DNA of 64,000 nucleotides, from assembly GCA_977020255.1 (NCBI GenBank), contig CDROCS010001350.1, forward strand, positions 1 to 64,000. The letters are read 5' to 3'. Source of the stretch: Obrimoposthia wandeli (taxonomy: Eukaryota). Both the position numbers and the translations under genes were made by a program. Below are positions 1-9,362 of this stretch, piece after piece. The number at the start of each line of letters is the position of its first letter. The first letter of the stretch is position 1. The notes beneath the pieces are model-generated. The model was not told where the DNA came from. It was given only the letters and a program-made list of their open reading frames with translations, and searched no databases.

Positions 1-88
1 TTATCAGTTTTGTGACCAGTTTGGTGATCAATTTAGACTCTAGAATTGGTAACTCATTAGTGGTTTAAAAGGGTGTCATATAAAACAA

Positions 89-105
89 TGTCGATTATCT
101 TTACA
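89..105. promoter_or_regulatory. Candidate enhancer (UAS) for a sigma54 activator, TGT-N11-ACA
   Basis: TGTCGATTATCTTTACA lies about 60 bp upstream of the sigma54-type -24 element; the spacing suits a bacterial enhancer-binding protein site. Confidence 0.35.
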
Positions 106-166
106 CATACGTAAATGTAAATTTATAATCATTAAATTATTATATGAATTTCAATCTATTGGCATC

Positions 167-183
167 TTGGATCGTTATTTGCT
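167..183 (+). promoter_or_regulatory. Sigma54 (-24/-12) promoter of the PEP-CTERM gene
   Basis: TTGGATCGTTATTTGCT: GG at 169-170, exactly 10 nt, GC at 181-182, with TTGCT tail; 46 nt upstream of the ATG. Confidence 0.6.
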
Positions 184-228
184 CTATCTTAATTCCGCAA
201 GAAGTTATTTTAAAATAAGGAAATTGAG

Positions 229-822
229 ATGAAAAAAATAGCAACATTAATTGGTTCGTTATTAATGGTAAGTGGAGTTAATGCGACAGTATTAAATTTT
301 GATGATATCGCCCTGAATAGTAACTACGATACTATTTCAAGTGTTAACGCAACAAACTACGGCGGTCTTAACTGGGATACCAGTTGGTATGTAGGTGATA
401 CGTCGGTAAGTACCTACCAGAATTCGGCGCATTCTGGTGACCAATATGTATCTAATGGTAACAATGTTAACAACCTTTCTGTCGGTGACGATACGTTATT
501 TGATTTCGATGGAGCCTGGTTTGGTACGCCTGGCGCAGGTCACAATAATGTAGCTGATTGGATCAATGTTACTGCATTCGATGCGTTTGATAATATCATC
601 GGAACAACAGGCAATATCGCGGTTAGCGCAACGATGGCATGGGTTGACGCTGGTTTTATGGATGTATCATACCTTGATATTACGCGTGGTGGTGGTTGGT
701 TTACGATGGATGACTTCAGTATTAACTCAACGTTAGTCTCTGTGCCTGCGCCAGCAAGCATTGCTATTTTAGCGCTAGGGCTCGCTGGTTTACGCCTTTC
801 TAGAAAAAATAATAATGTTTAA
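229..822 (+). CDS. PEP-CTERM sorting domain protein (VPAP variant)
   Basis: N-terminal signal peptide; C-terminus VSVPAPASIAILALGLAGLRLSRK is the motif, TM helix and basic tail; RBS AAGGA. Confidence 0.9.
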   Translation: MKKIATLIGSLLMVSGVNATVLNFDDIALNSNYDTISSVNATNYGGLNWDTSWYVGDTSVSTYQNSAHSGDQYVSNGNNVNNLSVGDDTLFDFDGAWFGTPGAGHNNVADWINVTAFDAFDNIIGTTGNIAVSATMAWVDAGFMDVSYLDITRGGGWFTMDDFSINSTLVSVPAPASIAILALGLAGLRLSRKNNNV

Positions 823-835
823 CTTCTAAACAATT

Positions 836-858
836 ATAGCGCTAATCATTGGCGCTAT
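836..858 (+). terminator. Hairpin after the PEP-CTERM gene (weak terminator or RNA-stabilising stem)
   Basis: ATAGCGC-N9-GCGCTAT inverted repeat with no U-tract. Confidence 0.35.
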
Positions 859-936
859 TCCAAAACCATTTAACTTAATGTTATCATCCAGTATTCAAAT
901 ATTTCAGCTAACAGTGAACTAGGGGATAGCGACTGA

Positions 937-1794
937 ATGAAAGTACCTCAAAGAATACAACCTCTGGTTGATGACGGGCTCGTTGACGAAGTTATGCGTC
1001 AATTAATGAGTGGTAAAGAAGCTACGGTTTATGTAGTGCGTTGTGGCCAGTCTATTCGTTGCGCTAAAGTATATAAAGAAGCAGACAAACGCAGTTTTAA
1101 ACAAGCTGTGCAATATCGAGAAGGTCGTAAAGTCCGCAATAGTCGACGTGCTCGAGCGATGGAAAAAGGTTCTAACTTTGGTCGAAACGAGCAAGAGAAG
1201 GTCTGGCAGAATGCAGAAGTTGATGCTTTATATCGCTTAGATAACGCTGGCGTTCGTGTTCCAGAACCTTACGGTTGTTTTGATGGTGTATTGCTCATGG
1301 AGTTAATCACCGATGTAAATGGCTTTGCTGCACCCCGTTTAGGTGATGTTGCATTAAGCGCAGAACAAGCTGTGATAGACCATGATAAAGTGATCCATTA
1401 TGTAAGATTAATGCTTTGCGATGGTCTTATTCATGGTGATTTATCAGAATTCAATGTCCTTGTTGATGAACATGGGCCTGTTATTATTGATTTACCCCAA
1501 GCCGTTGATGCATCAGCAAACAATAATGCCAAGTGGATGCTCGAACGTGATGTTGATAATATGACACAATATTATGGACAATATGCTCCAGAGCTACTTG
1601 AAACAAAGTATGCTAAAGAAATGTGGGCGCTGTACGAATTAGGTGAACTGACTACGGACGTTAAATTGACCGGTGAGTTTGTTGAAGACACAGAATCTGC
1701 AGATGTAGAGGGTATTTTAGAAGAGATTAATGCTGCTCGAGAAGAAGAGCTTGACCGTTTAGCACGGATTCAACTTGCTGATGAGCCTGAATAG
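937..1794 (+). CDS. RIO1-family Ser/Thr protein kinase-like protein (PA4780 type)
   Basis: MSGKEATVY P-loop, CAKVYK, IHGDLSEFNVL catalytic loop, IIDLPQAV. Confidence 0.9.
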   Translation: MKVPQRIQPLVDDGLVDEVMRQLMSGKEATVYVVRCGQSIRCAKVYKEADKRSFKQAVQYREGRKVRNSRRARAMEKGSNFGRNEQEKVWQNAEVDALYRLDNAGVRVPEPYGCFDGVLLMELITDVNGFAAPRLGDVALSAEQAVIDHDKVIHYVRLMLCDGLIHGDLSEFNVLVDEHGPVIIDLPQAVDASANNNAKWMLERDVDNMTQYYGQYAPELLETKYAKEMWALYELGELTTDVKLTGEFVEDTESADVEGILEEINAAREEELDRLARIQLADEPE

Positions 1795-1817
1795 TAAATA
1801 ACGTTTATTAAACGATG

Positions 1818-1853
1818 AACCCCTTAGCGATGTTAATTTCTAAGGGGTTTTTT
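1818..1853 (+). terminator. Rho-independent terminator
   Basis: AACCCCTTAG...CTAAGGGGTT followed by a T-run. Confidence 0.85.
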
Positions 1854-1914
1854 ATGATGTTGGAATAAGGATCTTATTATTATCCATGTTTATTAGTAAC
1901 CTCTCACTTAGGGT

Positions 1915-2298
1915 CTAACGTGAGGTAACGATATCTTGCTCCATAGTTGTTGAATTTTCTTCTGAAACTAATCTGTTTGGTCGTAAACCAATACAATGCT
2001 TAGGTAATTCTTGTTCACGTTCTAAATATAATGCGCAGGCATATAAATTTTTACGTAACTCAGAATTACTCTCTAACTTTTCTTCTCCCCAATAATGTAA
2101 TTCAAAAATGAGAAACCAAAAGGTCTGCTCTTTTTCACTTGAGACTTTTTCGTCAACGACATCCAGAGATTGCCAATCCTGTAAAACATCCCATACCAAG
2201 TTACTTAATACGTTGTAACTTATTTTATGCATGAGAAATTGATTTACGTTGTCAGTTAATAGTGCTGATTTCTCATCAATAAATGCGACTGCTTGCAT
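1915..2298 (-). CDS. Hypothetical protein
   Basis: 127-aa ORF with a GGAG RBS and globular composition; no recognised motif. Confidence 0.7.
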   Translation of the reverse strand: MQAVAFIDEKSALLTDNVNQFLMHKISYNVLSNLVWDVLQDWQSLDVVDEKVSSEKEQTFWFLIFELHYWGEEKLESNSELRKNLYACALYLEREQELPKHCIGLRPNRLVSEENSTTMEQDIVTSR

Positions 2299-2406
2299 TG
2301 GTTTATCTCCATTTGTTTAAACTAATTTTAAGTCTAGCCTCAAACTTTGCTTTGGAGAGGTTTAGACTTGATTAATAATGCCTAAAAAGTAATAGTTCGA
2401 TCTCGG

Positions 2407-3312
2407 TCACATAGTTTTCGCTAAGTGATTGAAATGTTCCTTTAGGAAAGCTAATAACACCCTATGTTTTTTCGAACCCGCGCTTCCCGGCGGAAAAACA
2501 CCGTATAGCTCAATGTTTGTTAATTCATAATCAGACAGTAGACGTTCGAGTTTGTTTGCGGCGATTCTCGGTGCTGCATCGTAAAGCGGAATTCGCGCAA
2601 TACCATGACCACCTTCAACAAATGCGCTACGTGCTGCTGCATTATTGGTACTGATGCTCCCTTTGGGCTTAACACTATAAGCACGCGACCCTTTGGTAAG
2701 CGTCAAGGTACTCGAGCTTAATTTATATAATATCCAATTATGATCGACCAGTTCAGTTGGGGAAACCGGTCTACCATATTTGTTTAAGTAGTCAGGTGAT
2801 GCACATAAGCAGGTTCTCATTGAAATTAGTTTTCGTGCTTGCAGACCGGAATCAACTAATGGTGCGCCCCTGATCGCCAGATCAATTCCTTCTTGCATGA
2901 TATTAACGATATCATCGGTCAGCATGATGTCCAATTCAATCTTCGGAAATTGGATCTTGAACATGTTTAAGGCCGGAACAATGATCTGTAATCCAACATT
3001 GACCGGACACGTTATCTTTAATAACCCCTCAGGTTCGTGTTTTAAGTTTTCTATTTGTTGATTTGCGGCTTCTGCCTGGAGGGCTATTTCTTGGCAGTGC
3101 TGGTAGTACTGTTGCCCAGCTTCGGTGAGGGTAAAGCTACGTGTGGTTCGGTTAAGTAATTTTAACCCTAACTGTGTTTCTAGTTTTTTAAGATGGTAAC
3201 TGACCACTGCACGTGAGAGGTTCAAATGTCGAGCTGCAGCAGAAAGTGTACCTTGTTCGACAATCTGTGCGTAAACAACCATACTTTTTAGTTGTTCAAA
3301 AGATACATTCAT
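2407..3312 (-). CDS. LysR-family transcriptional regulator
   Basis: N-terminal HTH (LSAAARHLNLSRAVVSYHLKKLE...LLNRTTR) plus substrate-binding domain; divergent from the DJ-1/ADH genes. Confidence 0.95.
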   Translation of the reverse strand: MNVSFEQLKSMVVYAQIVEQGTLSAAARHLNLSRAVVSYHLKKLETQLGLKLLNRTTRSFTLTEAGQQYYQHCQEIALQAEAANQQIENLKHEPEGLLKITCPVNVGLQIIVPALNMFKIQFPKIELDIMLTDDIVNIMQEGIDLAIRGAPLVDSGLQARKLISMRTCLCASPDYLNKYGRPVSPTELVDHNWILYKLSSSTLTLTKGSRAYSVKPKGSISTNNAAARSAFVEGGHGIARIPLYDAAPRIAANKLERLLSDYELTNIELYGVFPPGSAGSKKHRVLLAFLKEHFNHLAKTM

Positions 3313-3527
3313 AGATAGACGCCATATAGATGCAGATACGAAAACCTATTGTATCAAAAAACTGAACAGTGTAGTCAGTTTACTCTGCATTGTTAGATTT
3401 TACTTTGAGGTATAGACTGTCTCCATTCGCTGTTATCAAGTAACGGCAGTTGTTTTAATTACACTGCTATTAACTACACAGCTATCTAGTAACTAGATTC
3501 AGCTCGCTTAAAGTCAAAGGAATTATC

Positions 3528-4208
3528 ATGATTAAAAATATTTTAGTAGTATTAACATCACATGCAGATTTAGGTAATACAGGCAAGAAAACGGGTTTTT
3601 GGGTTGAAGAACTAGCCGCACCTTATTATGTATTTCTTGATGCTGGCATGAAGGTTACCCTAGCTTCACCTGCTGGTGGCCAACCACCGATTGATCCAGC
3701 AAGTGCCGATGAAAGCATGCAAACAGATGCAACTCGTCGTTTTGATGCGGATAAAGTCGTACAGCAAGCACTTGCAACAACGGTTAAACTTGTTGACGTA
3801 AAAGAACAAGACTTTGATGCGGTATTCTACCCAGGCGGTCACGGTCCACTTTGGGATTTAACGAATAACGAAACATCAATTGATTTACTTTCTGCATTCC
3901 TTGCCAACAACAAACCTGTATCAGCTGTTTGTCATGCAACAGCGGCACTGCTAAATGTGAAGACAGCTGAAGGTGAGTATGTAATTAAGGGTAAAGCTGT
4001 TACAGGATTTTCAAATACTGAAGAAGATGCGGTACAATTGACTGATATCGTACCATTTTTGCTAGAAGATGAGCTTGTAAAGCGTGGCGGTGACTATCAG
4101 AAAGTTGCTGATTGGACACCGTTTGCTGTACAAGATGGTTTAATCATTACAGGTCAAAACCCAGCGTCTTCAGCTCTAGTGGCTGAAAAACTAATCGCAC
4201 ACGCTTAA
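3528..4208 (+). CDS. DJ-1/PfpI (type 1 glutamine amidotransferase-like) protein, possible glyoxalase III
   Basis: GFWVEELAAPY, FYPGGHGP and AVCH (catalytic Cys) motifs; TGQNPAS. Confidence 0.9.
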   Translation: MIKNILVVLTSHADLGNTGKKTGFWVEELAAPYYVFLDAGMKVTLASPAGGQPPIDPASADESMQTDATRRFDADKVVQQALATTVKLVDVKEQDFDAVFYPGGHGPLWDLTNNETSIDLLSAFLANNKPVSAVCHATAALLNVKTAEGEYVIKGKAVTGFSNTEEDAVQLTDIVPFLLEDELVKRGGDYQKVADWTPFAVQDGLIITGQNPASSALVAEKLIAHA

Positions 4209-4223
4209 TATTAGGAAATAAAT

Positions 4224-5381
4224 ATGTTGAATTTCACGTTTCAAAACCCAACTCGCATTCACTTCGGTGATGATCAGATTAAAGCGATAAGCAAAGAAAT
4301 TCCATTAGATGCTAAAGTACTAGTAACTTATGGTGGTGGTTCGATTAAATCTAACGGTGTTTATGATCAGGTTGTTGCTGCATTATCTGAACATAACTGG
4401 GTTGAATTTTCAGGTATCGAACCTAACCCAACATATGACCAATTAATCAAAGCTGTCGATGTTATTAACGAGCATAATGTGGATTACATTCTTGCTGTCG
4501 GTGGTGGTTCTGTTGTAGATGGTAGCAAGTTTATTGCTGCAGCGGCTGTATTTACAGGCGATGATGCTTGGGACATTCTTAGCAAACACGCACCGATAAC
4601 TAAAGCCTTGCCATTGGGCGCTGTTTTAACCTTGCCAGCAACTGGCTCTGAGTCAAATGGCGGCGCAGTTATTACGCGTGACGGCAGTAAACTGTCATTT
4701 GGTAGTCCGCTAGTGCGTCCTGGTTTTGCGATCCTTGACCCTGCTGTTAGCTTGAGTTTATCGGATCGTCAAATCAGTAATGGTGTTGTTGATGCGTTTG
4801 TTCATACGATGGAGCAATACATGACTTATAGCATTAACGCTAAAGTACAAGACCGTTTTTCTGAAGGTCTATTACTGACGCTTATTGAAGAAGGGCCAAA
4901 AGCATTAAAGCCTGAAACTAAAGATGATCTAGAAATCCGCGGTAACATTATGTGGTCTGCAACAATGGCGCTAAATGGTCTTATCGGTGCAGGTGTACCA
5001 CATGATTGGGCTACGCACATGATTGGTCACGAACTGACTGCCGCACATGGTGTTGATCACGCACGTAGTTTATCTATTGTGTTACCTGCAGTAATGAAAG
5101 TCATGCGCGAAGACAAACGCAGTAAATTACTTCAATATGCAGAGCGTGTTTGGAACATTACTGTTACTGATGAAGATCAAAAAATCGATCTCGCGATAGC
5201 TAAAACAGAAGCATTCTTTAAAGTAATGCAAGTTCCAACAACGCTTACAGATGCGGGTATCACATCTGCTGATATTGATAATTTAATGGCTAAGTTAGAG
5301 AAGCACGGCATGGTAGCATTGGGTGAACGTAAAAATATCACTTTGGAAGTAAGCCGCCAGATTTTAGAGACAGCACTGTAA
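4224..5381 (+). CDS. yqhD: Iron-containing NADPH-dependent alcohol/aldehyde dehydrogenase (YqhD-like)
   Basis: GGGSIK and GGGSVVDG motifs, TLPATGSE, HMIGHELTAAHGVDHA metal-binding histidines. Confidence 0.85.
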   Translation: MLNFTFQNPTRIHFGDDQIKAISKEIPLDAKVLVTYGGGSIKSNGVYDQVVAALSEHNWVEFSGIEPNPTYDQLIKAVDVINEHNVDYILAVGGGSVVDGSKFIAAAAVFTGDDAWDILSKHAPITKALPLGAVLTLPATGSESNGGAVITRDGSKLSFGSPLVRPGFAILDPAVSLSLSDRQISNGVVDAFVHTMEQYMTYSINAKVQDRFSEGLLLTLIEEGPKALKPETKDDLEIRGNIMWSATMALNGLIGAGVPHDWATHMIGHELTAAHGVDHARSLSIVLPAVMKVMREDKRSKLLQYAERVWNITVTDEDQKIDLAIAKTEAFFKVMQVPTTLTDAGITSADIDNLMAKLEKHGMVALGERKNITLEVSRQILETAL

Positions 5382-5442
5382 ATATTGAGTATAACGTCTT
5401 TATTTAAAAAGATAACTAGCAGTAAATAGCATATTGACAGCG

Positions 5443-5479
5443 AAGGCCAGAATGATTATTCATTCTGGCCTTTTTTTTT
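5443..5479 (+). terminator. Rho-independent terminator
   Basis: AAGGCCAGAATGA-ttat-TCATTCTGGCCTT followed by a T-run. Confidence 0.9.
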
Positions 5480-5628
5480 ATTATAAAATGATTATTAGTT
5501 AAATATTAACTCTTGCTTAACACTTTTTTAATTCAATGATGTTATAACTTAATGATACTGTTTTTATAAATAAAAACGTTTTAAATAAACTATATTATTG
5601 TTTTGTTATCTATACTTAAGGAAAAGTT

Positions 5629-5895
5629 ATGGCTGATTTTGACTGGATGCTGGGCGTCATTATGTTATCGGGTTTTTTGTTTGCAGCAATTGCGAGATTC
5701 AATTTACACCGATATGTACAATATAAAAGAGTGCCGGCAGATTTTGATAACCAGCAGTATTTGGAGGCGTTAGAATCAAGCTCTCCAGAAACAATTTTAG
5801 ATGATGGACTTCATCAATTATTCAAATATGTCATGGCTGGTATAATTATTTTTCTTATCGCTAGTACAACATTAGTCTCTATTATTTTTGATTAA
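5629..5895 (+). CDS. Hypothetical two-TM membrane protein
   Basis: 88 aa with hydrophobic N- and C-terminal segments; AAGGA RBS. Confidence 0.65.
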   Translation: MADFDWMLGVIMLSGFLFAAIARFNLHRYVQYKRVPADFDNQQYLEALESSSPETILDDGLHQLFKYVMAGIIIFLIASTTLVSIIFD

Positions 5896-5937
5896 ATACG
5901 GTTTTCGATTAAATACTCTGTGAGCGAGAGCTAAACA

Positions 5938-6102
5938 CTAACGCTCATAACCTGGATCCGTTGGTACTTTCTCTGGTGTGTTTTGTTGAGCTTCATCGTA
6001 TTTTTTGTGTAGTTCGGCAATAAGCTCCAGATCTAACTTTGCAAAGAAGATGTCTTCTTCGGCTTGACCTTTTCGACGTACTGTTTCGTTGAATACAGAC
6101 AT
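5938..6102 (-). CDS. Small protein (54 aa) with an IF1-like motif; not in the ORF track
   Basis: Hand translation: MSVFNETVRRKGQAEEDIFFAKLDLELIAELHKKYDEAQQNTPEKVPTDPGYER*; GAGG RBS 8 nt upstream of the ATG; TATAAT on the minus strand at 6184-6189. Confidence 0.75.
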   Translation of the reverse strand: MSVFNETVRRKGQAEEDIFFAKLDLELIAELHKKYDEAQQNTPEKVPTDPGYER

Positions 6103-6199
6103 GGCATTCACCTCTAATAACCTGCTATTGATAATTTTAGTTTATTTTAAGCAGAAGTGTTATTAGAGGGAGATGATTGAGCGATTATACCGCGACGAA

Positions 6200-6880
6200 T
6201 TACGCTTGCTTTAATGTCGCTAAGACGTTTGATAAAGAACTGGTTACCGTATGGCCTAATGTTAATATTTCTGCACTGGGTTGTACTAGATCGGGTATTT
6301 GAAATGTTTGCATATTGGCACTGACGGCGGCAAGCACACCATTATTGGAATCTTCGAAAGCTAAGCAATACTTAGGTTTAATATTTAAACGGTTTGCGGC
6401 AAGTAAGTAAATTTCAGGATCTGGTTTACCGTTTTTAACTTCACAACCTGTCGTAAGGTTATCAAAGAAATGATCGAGACCTGCAAATTTAAGCTTTATT
6501 TTAGCGACATCATTTTGTGTTGATGTGGCGACTGCTGTCGGTATATTGTTGTCTTTGAGCCAGGTTAATAACTCAACAACCCCTTCTTTCACCGGGATTG
6601 CTTGGTGCTTAACCACTGCGTTGTAGCGTACACGCCATGCTTCATGAAGGACTGGGTAGTCAAGATCGCTACCGTAACCCGCGCGAAGAACTTGTTCAAT
6701 ACCTTGGGCATTACGACCGATAATATCTAAGTAGACATCTTCTAAAAAAGGAATAGATAATGAGGCGCACGCTTCTTCGAACACACCTTTACACACGCGT
6801 TCAGTGTCGAGAAGTAGTCCGTCCATATCAAAAATAGCTGCTTGATAATTCACTTTTTGTTTATCCTCTATTCGCTTCAA
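6200..6880 (-). CDS. HAD-superfamily phosphatase (beta-PGM/CbbY-like)
   Basis: FDMDGLLLDTE motif I, VATST motif II, GKPDPEIY, FEDSNNG motif IV. Confidence 0.92.
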   Translation of the reverse strand: MKRIEDKQKVNYQAAIFDMDGLLLDTERVCKGVFEEACASLSIPFLEDVYLDIIGRNAQGIEQVLRAGYGSDLDYPVLHEAWRVRYNAVVKHQAIPVKEGVVELLTWLKDNNIPTAVATSTQNDVAKIKLKFAGLDHFFDNLTTGCEVKNGKPDPEIYLLAANRLNIKPKYCLAFEDSNNGVLAAVSANMQTFQIPDLVQPSAEILTLGHTVTSSLSNVLATLKQA

Positions 6881-6957
6881 CTTAATTAATGAGTCAGTAT
6901 AACAAATCCCATCGAGATAATTAATTTAAGATTGCTTTGACTTTTTAGCGCTAAAAT

Positions 6958-7001
6958 AAAAGGCTAGGCGATCACCTTATTTACAGTGATGCCTAGCCTT
7001 T
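6958..7001 (-). terminator. Terminator of dcuC
   Basis: AAAGGCTAGGC...GCCTAGCCTTT inverted repeat with an A/T tail. Confidence 0.75.
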
Positions 7002-7101
7002 AAATAATGACGTTATGATTGATTTACCTTTAATGAGTTCAAACTTAACAGTTCAGGTTTGAACGCCTAACTAACCTTAGATAAAAATAAGCTTACATTA
7101 A

Positions 7102-8469
7102 CTAGGCATACATAGGTACAAGCACCATGGTGCCCGCTATCACAGTGATTAAACCGGCGAGAACAGGTACTGAGGTACGTTTAACCACTTCAAATGGACT
7201 GATTTTAGCCATGCCACTTGTGGCAACAATAACGCCAGCAACAGGTGATACTGTACGACCAAGGTTCGATGCTTGTAACATTGGAATGATCAAGAATGCG
7301 GGATTTAAGCCCATTTTACCGGCAAGGGCAGGGGCTAATTCAACAAATGCATAGAAAGGTGCATTACCAGAACCAGTCGCAATTGCAGCTGCAACTGTTA
7401 GCGCGGTCAACATGAGCATTAATGCAAAACCACCTGCACCGGCTGCTTCAGCAAGACCGATTAAATTATCAATAGCACCAAGAGACATTAGACCTTGCGC
7501 AAATACACCCGCTGCAACTAACAACATTACGACGCCTTTAAATGCATCGCCCATACCTTGGTAGCATGATTCTAAATCTTCTAATGTTGCTCTGCCGTTT
7601 AAGCGTTTAGTTATAAAGTCGACAATCGCACTAATAAAGATAGAGAACACAACAATGGTATAAATATCGAGCGTTAACCCTTCAATGGTTGAGCCGTTAA
7701 ATATAAACACACCGAAAATAGGTAAGAATGGTAGAAATGCATAATAATTTGGTGCTGTTACTACAATCTCTGATATATCAGTTTTTTCCATTGGCGTATT
7801 TTCTTTTTTATCTAAATAACGATTCCAGAAAAATGCAGCCGCCGCCATCACAATGATTGCGCAGATTGATACAGGTAGTACAGTTTGAACAGCAAATACG
7901 TCTAGCGATAACCCTGATTTTTCTGCTGCGATAACAACATCACCAGACGTTGGCGATAGAATGATAGCTGCAGGTGACGCACAAACGGCCACCGCAGCAG
8001 GTCGAGATATGCCCATCGCAGTCATCATCGGGAATAAAGTCGCCATTAATAATACACCTAGCCCAGTCGCAGAGCTTACCGCTAGTGACATTAAACAAGC
8101 GACGATATAAGCGGCAACAAGTAGGATGTAAGGTGATTTTATAAATGACAAAGGTTTAGAGAATTGTTTAACAACCACATTGTTAGCATCAATTTTTGTC
8201 ATATAAGCGGCAAAACCACATAACAACATAATTTGCATACCTAAACCGCCACCACGATATTTCAGCATGTATTTAACAAATTCCAATGAATCTGTCAGGA
8301 TATTCCCTGTACTTGCGACACTTGATGGCAGAATTTGTTTACCGAGTAATCCGGTGATAATGAGTAGTGTGATACCGGCCGTGAGCAATACACCTGCCGC
8401 TTTATATTCCTTCACGATGAAGTAACCAACGGCCACCGTGACGATCAAACCAATGAATAACTCTAACAT
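7102..8469 (-). CDS. dcuC: Anaerobic C4-dicarboxylate transporter, DcuC family
   Basis: GGGLGMQIMLLCGFAAYM, SSATGLGVLLMATLFP and TGSGNAPFYAF motifs; polytopic membrane protein. Confidence 0.9.
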   Translation of the reverse strand: MLELFIGLIVTVAVGYFIVKEYKAAGVLLTAGITLLIITGLLGKQILPSSVASTGNILTDSLEFVKYMLKYRGGGLGMQIMLLCGFAAYMTKIDANNVVVKQFSKPLSFIKSPYILLVAAYIVACLMSLAVSSATGLGVLLMATLFPMMTAMGISRPAAVAVCASPAAIILSPTSGDVVIAAEKSGLSLDVFAVQTVLPVSICAIIVMAAAAFFWNRYLDKKENTPMEKTDISEIVVTAPNYYAFLPFLPIFGVFIFNGSTIEGLTLDIYTIVVFSIFISAIVDFITKRLNGRATLEDLESCYQGMGDAFKGVVMLLVAAGVFAQGLMSLGAIDNLIGLAEAAGAGGFALMLMLTALTVAAAIATGSGNAPFYAFVELAPALAGKMGLNPAFLIIPMLQASNLGRTVSPVAGVIVATSGMAKISPFEVVKRTSVPVLAGLITVIAGTMVLVPMYA

Positions 8470-8714
8470 TGAAACCTCTTAATTGTAGTGGATTTTGTTA
8501 ACATTAATTTAACGTTTAAAATAATGTTTTATTACAGAGGAATGTACCTATAAAGTAATGCATGTGCGATAGCTAACCCCACTAATAATGATCTAAATCA
8601 GGATTTTATAAACTCTCCTCTGATAGTTTGAGGCAGATCAACTCGTTGGTTTTACACATCACAGCAGTTCGGTTAAAATTGCTGCATTAATCAAATACGC
8701 TATATGGAATAAAC

Positions 8715-9248
8715 ATGACTAAAGCTAAAATCGGTATTGTGACAGTAAGTGATAGAGCCAGTGCTGGCATTTATGAAGATCTTTCTGGTAAAGCCATTAT
8801 CGATGTATTAAACGAGTACCTGACTTCGGAGTGGGAACCTGTTTATGAAGTTATTCCAGACGAGCAAGATGTGATTGAAGCAACCTTGATTAAAATGGCT
8901 GACGAACAAAACTGCAGTTTGATCGTAACAACAGGTGGGACTGGTCCTGCTAAACGTGACGTAACACCAGAAGCAACAGAAGCTGTGTGTGATCGTATGA
9001 TGCCTGGTTTTGGTGAGTTAATGCGTACAGAGTCATTAAAATTCGTACCAACGGCTATTCTATCTCGCCAAACCGCAGGATTACGTGCGGATTCTTTAAT
9101 TGTGAATTTACCGGGCAAACCTAAATCTATCCGTGAGTGTTTAGATGCGGTATTCCCAGCTATCCCTTATTGTATTGATTTAATGGATGGACCTTTCCTT
9201 GAATGCGATGAGTCGGTAATGAAACCGTTTAGACCTAAAGCGAAGTAA
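8715..9248 (+). CDS. mog: Molybdopterin adenylyltransferase
   Basis: VTVSDRASAGIYEDLSG, TTGGTGPAKRDVTPEAT, LSRQTAG, NLPGKPKSI. Confidence 0.95.
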   Translation: MTKAKIGIVTVSDRASAGIYEDLSGKAIIDVLNEYLTSEWEPVYEVIPDEQDVIEATLIKMADEQNCSLIVTTGGTGPAKRDVTPEATEAVCDRMMPGFGELMRTESLKFVPTAILSRQTAGLRADSLIVNLPGKPKSIRECLDAVFPAIPYCIDLMDGPFLECDESVMKPFRPKAK

Positions 9249-9284
9249 TTGATCATAAATTTAATACAATACGCATAAGCTAGA

Positions 9285-9328
9285 AGGCCATGTATTTTCC
9301 ATTGTTAACGGAGGAAATACGTGGCTTT
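9285..9328. terminator. Imperfect hairpin between convergent genes
   Basis: GGCCATGTATTTTCC...GGAGGAAATACGTGGCT. Confidence 0.5.
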
Positions 9329-9362
9329 GGAATGCATGATAAATGTTGATTTATTACTGCAG

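Noticed and set aside
8520-8714. Possible Moco riboswitch or FNR site between dcuC and mog
   Set aside because: No recognisable Moco RNA structure; ATGATCTAAATCAG has two mismatches to the FNR box, too weak to call
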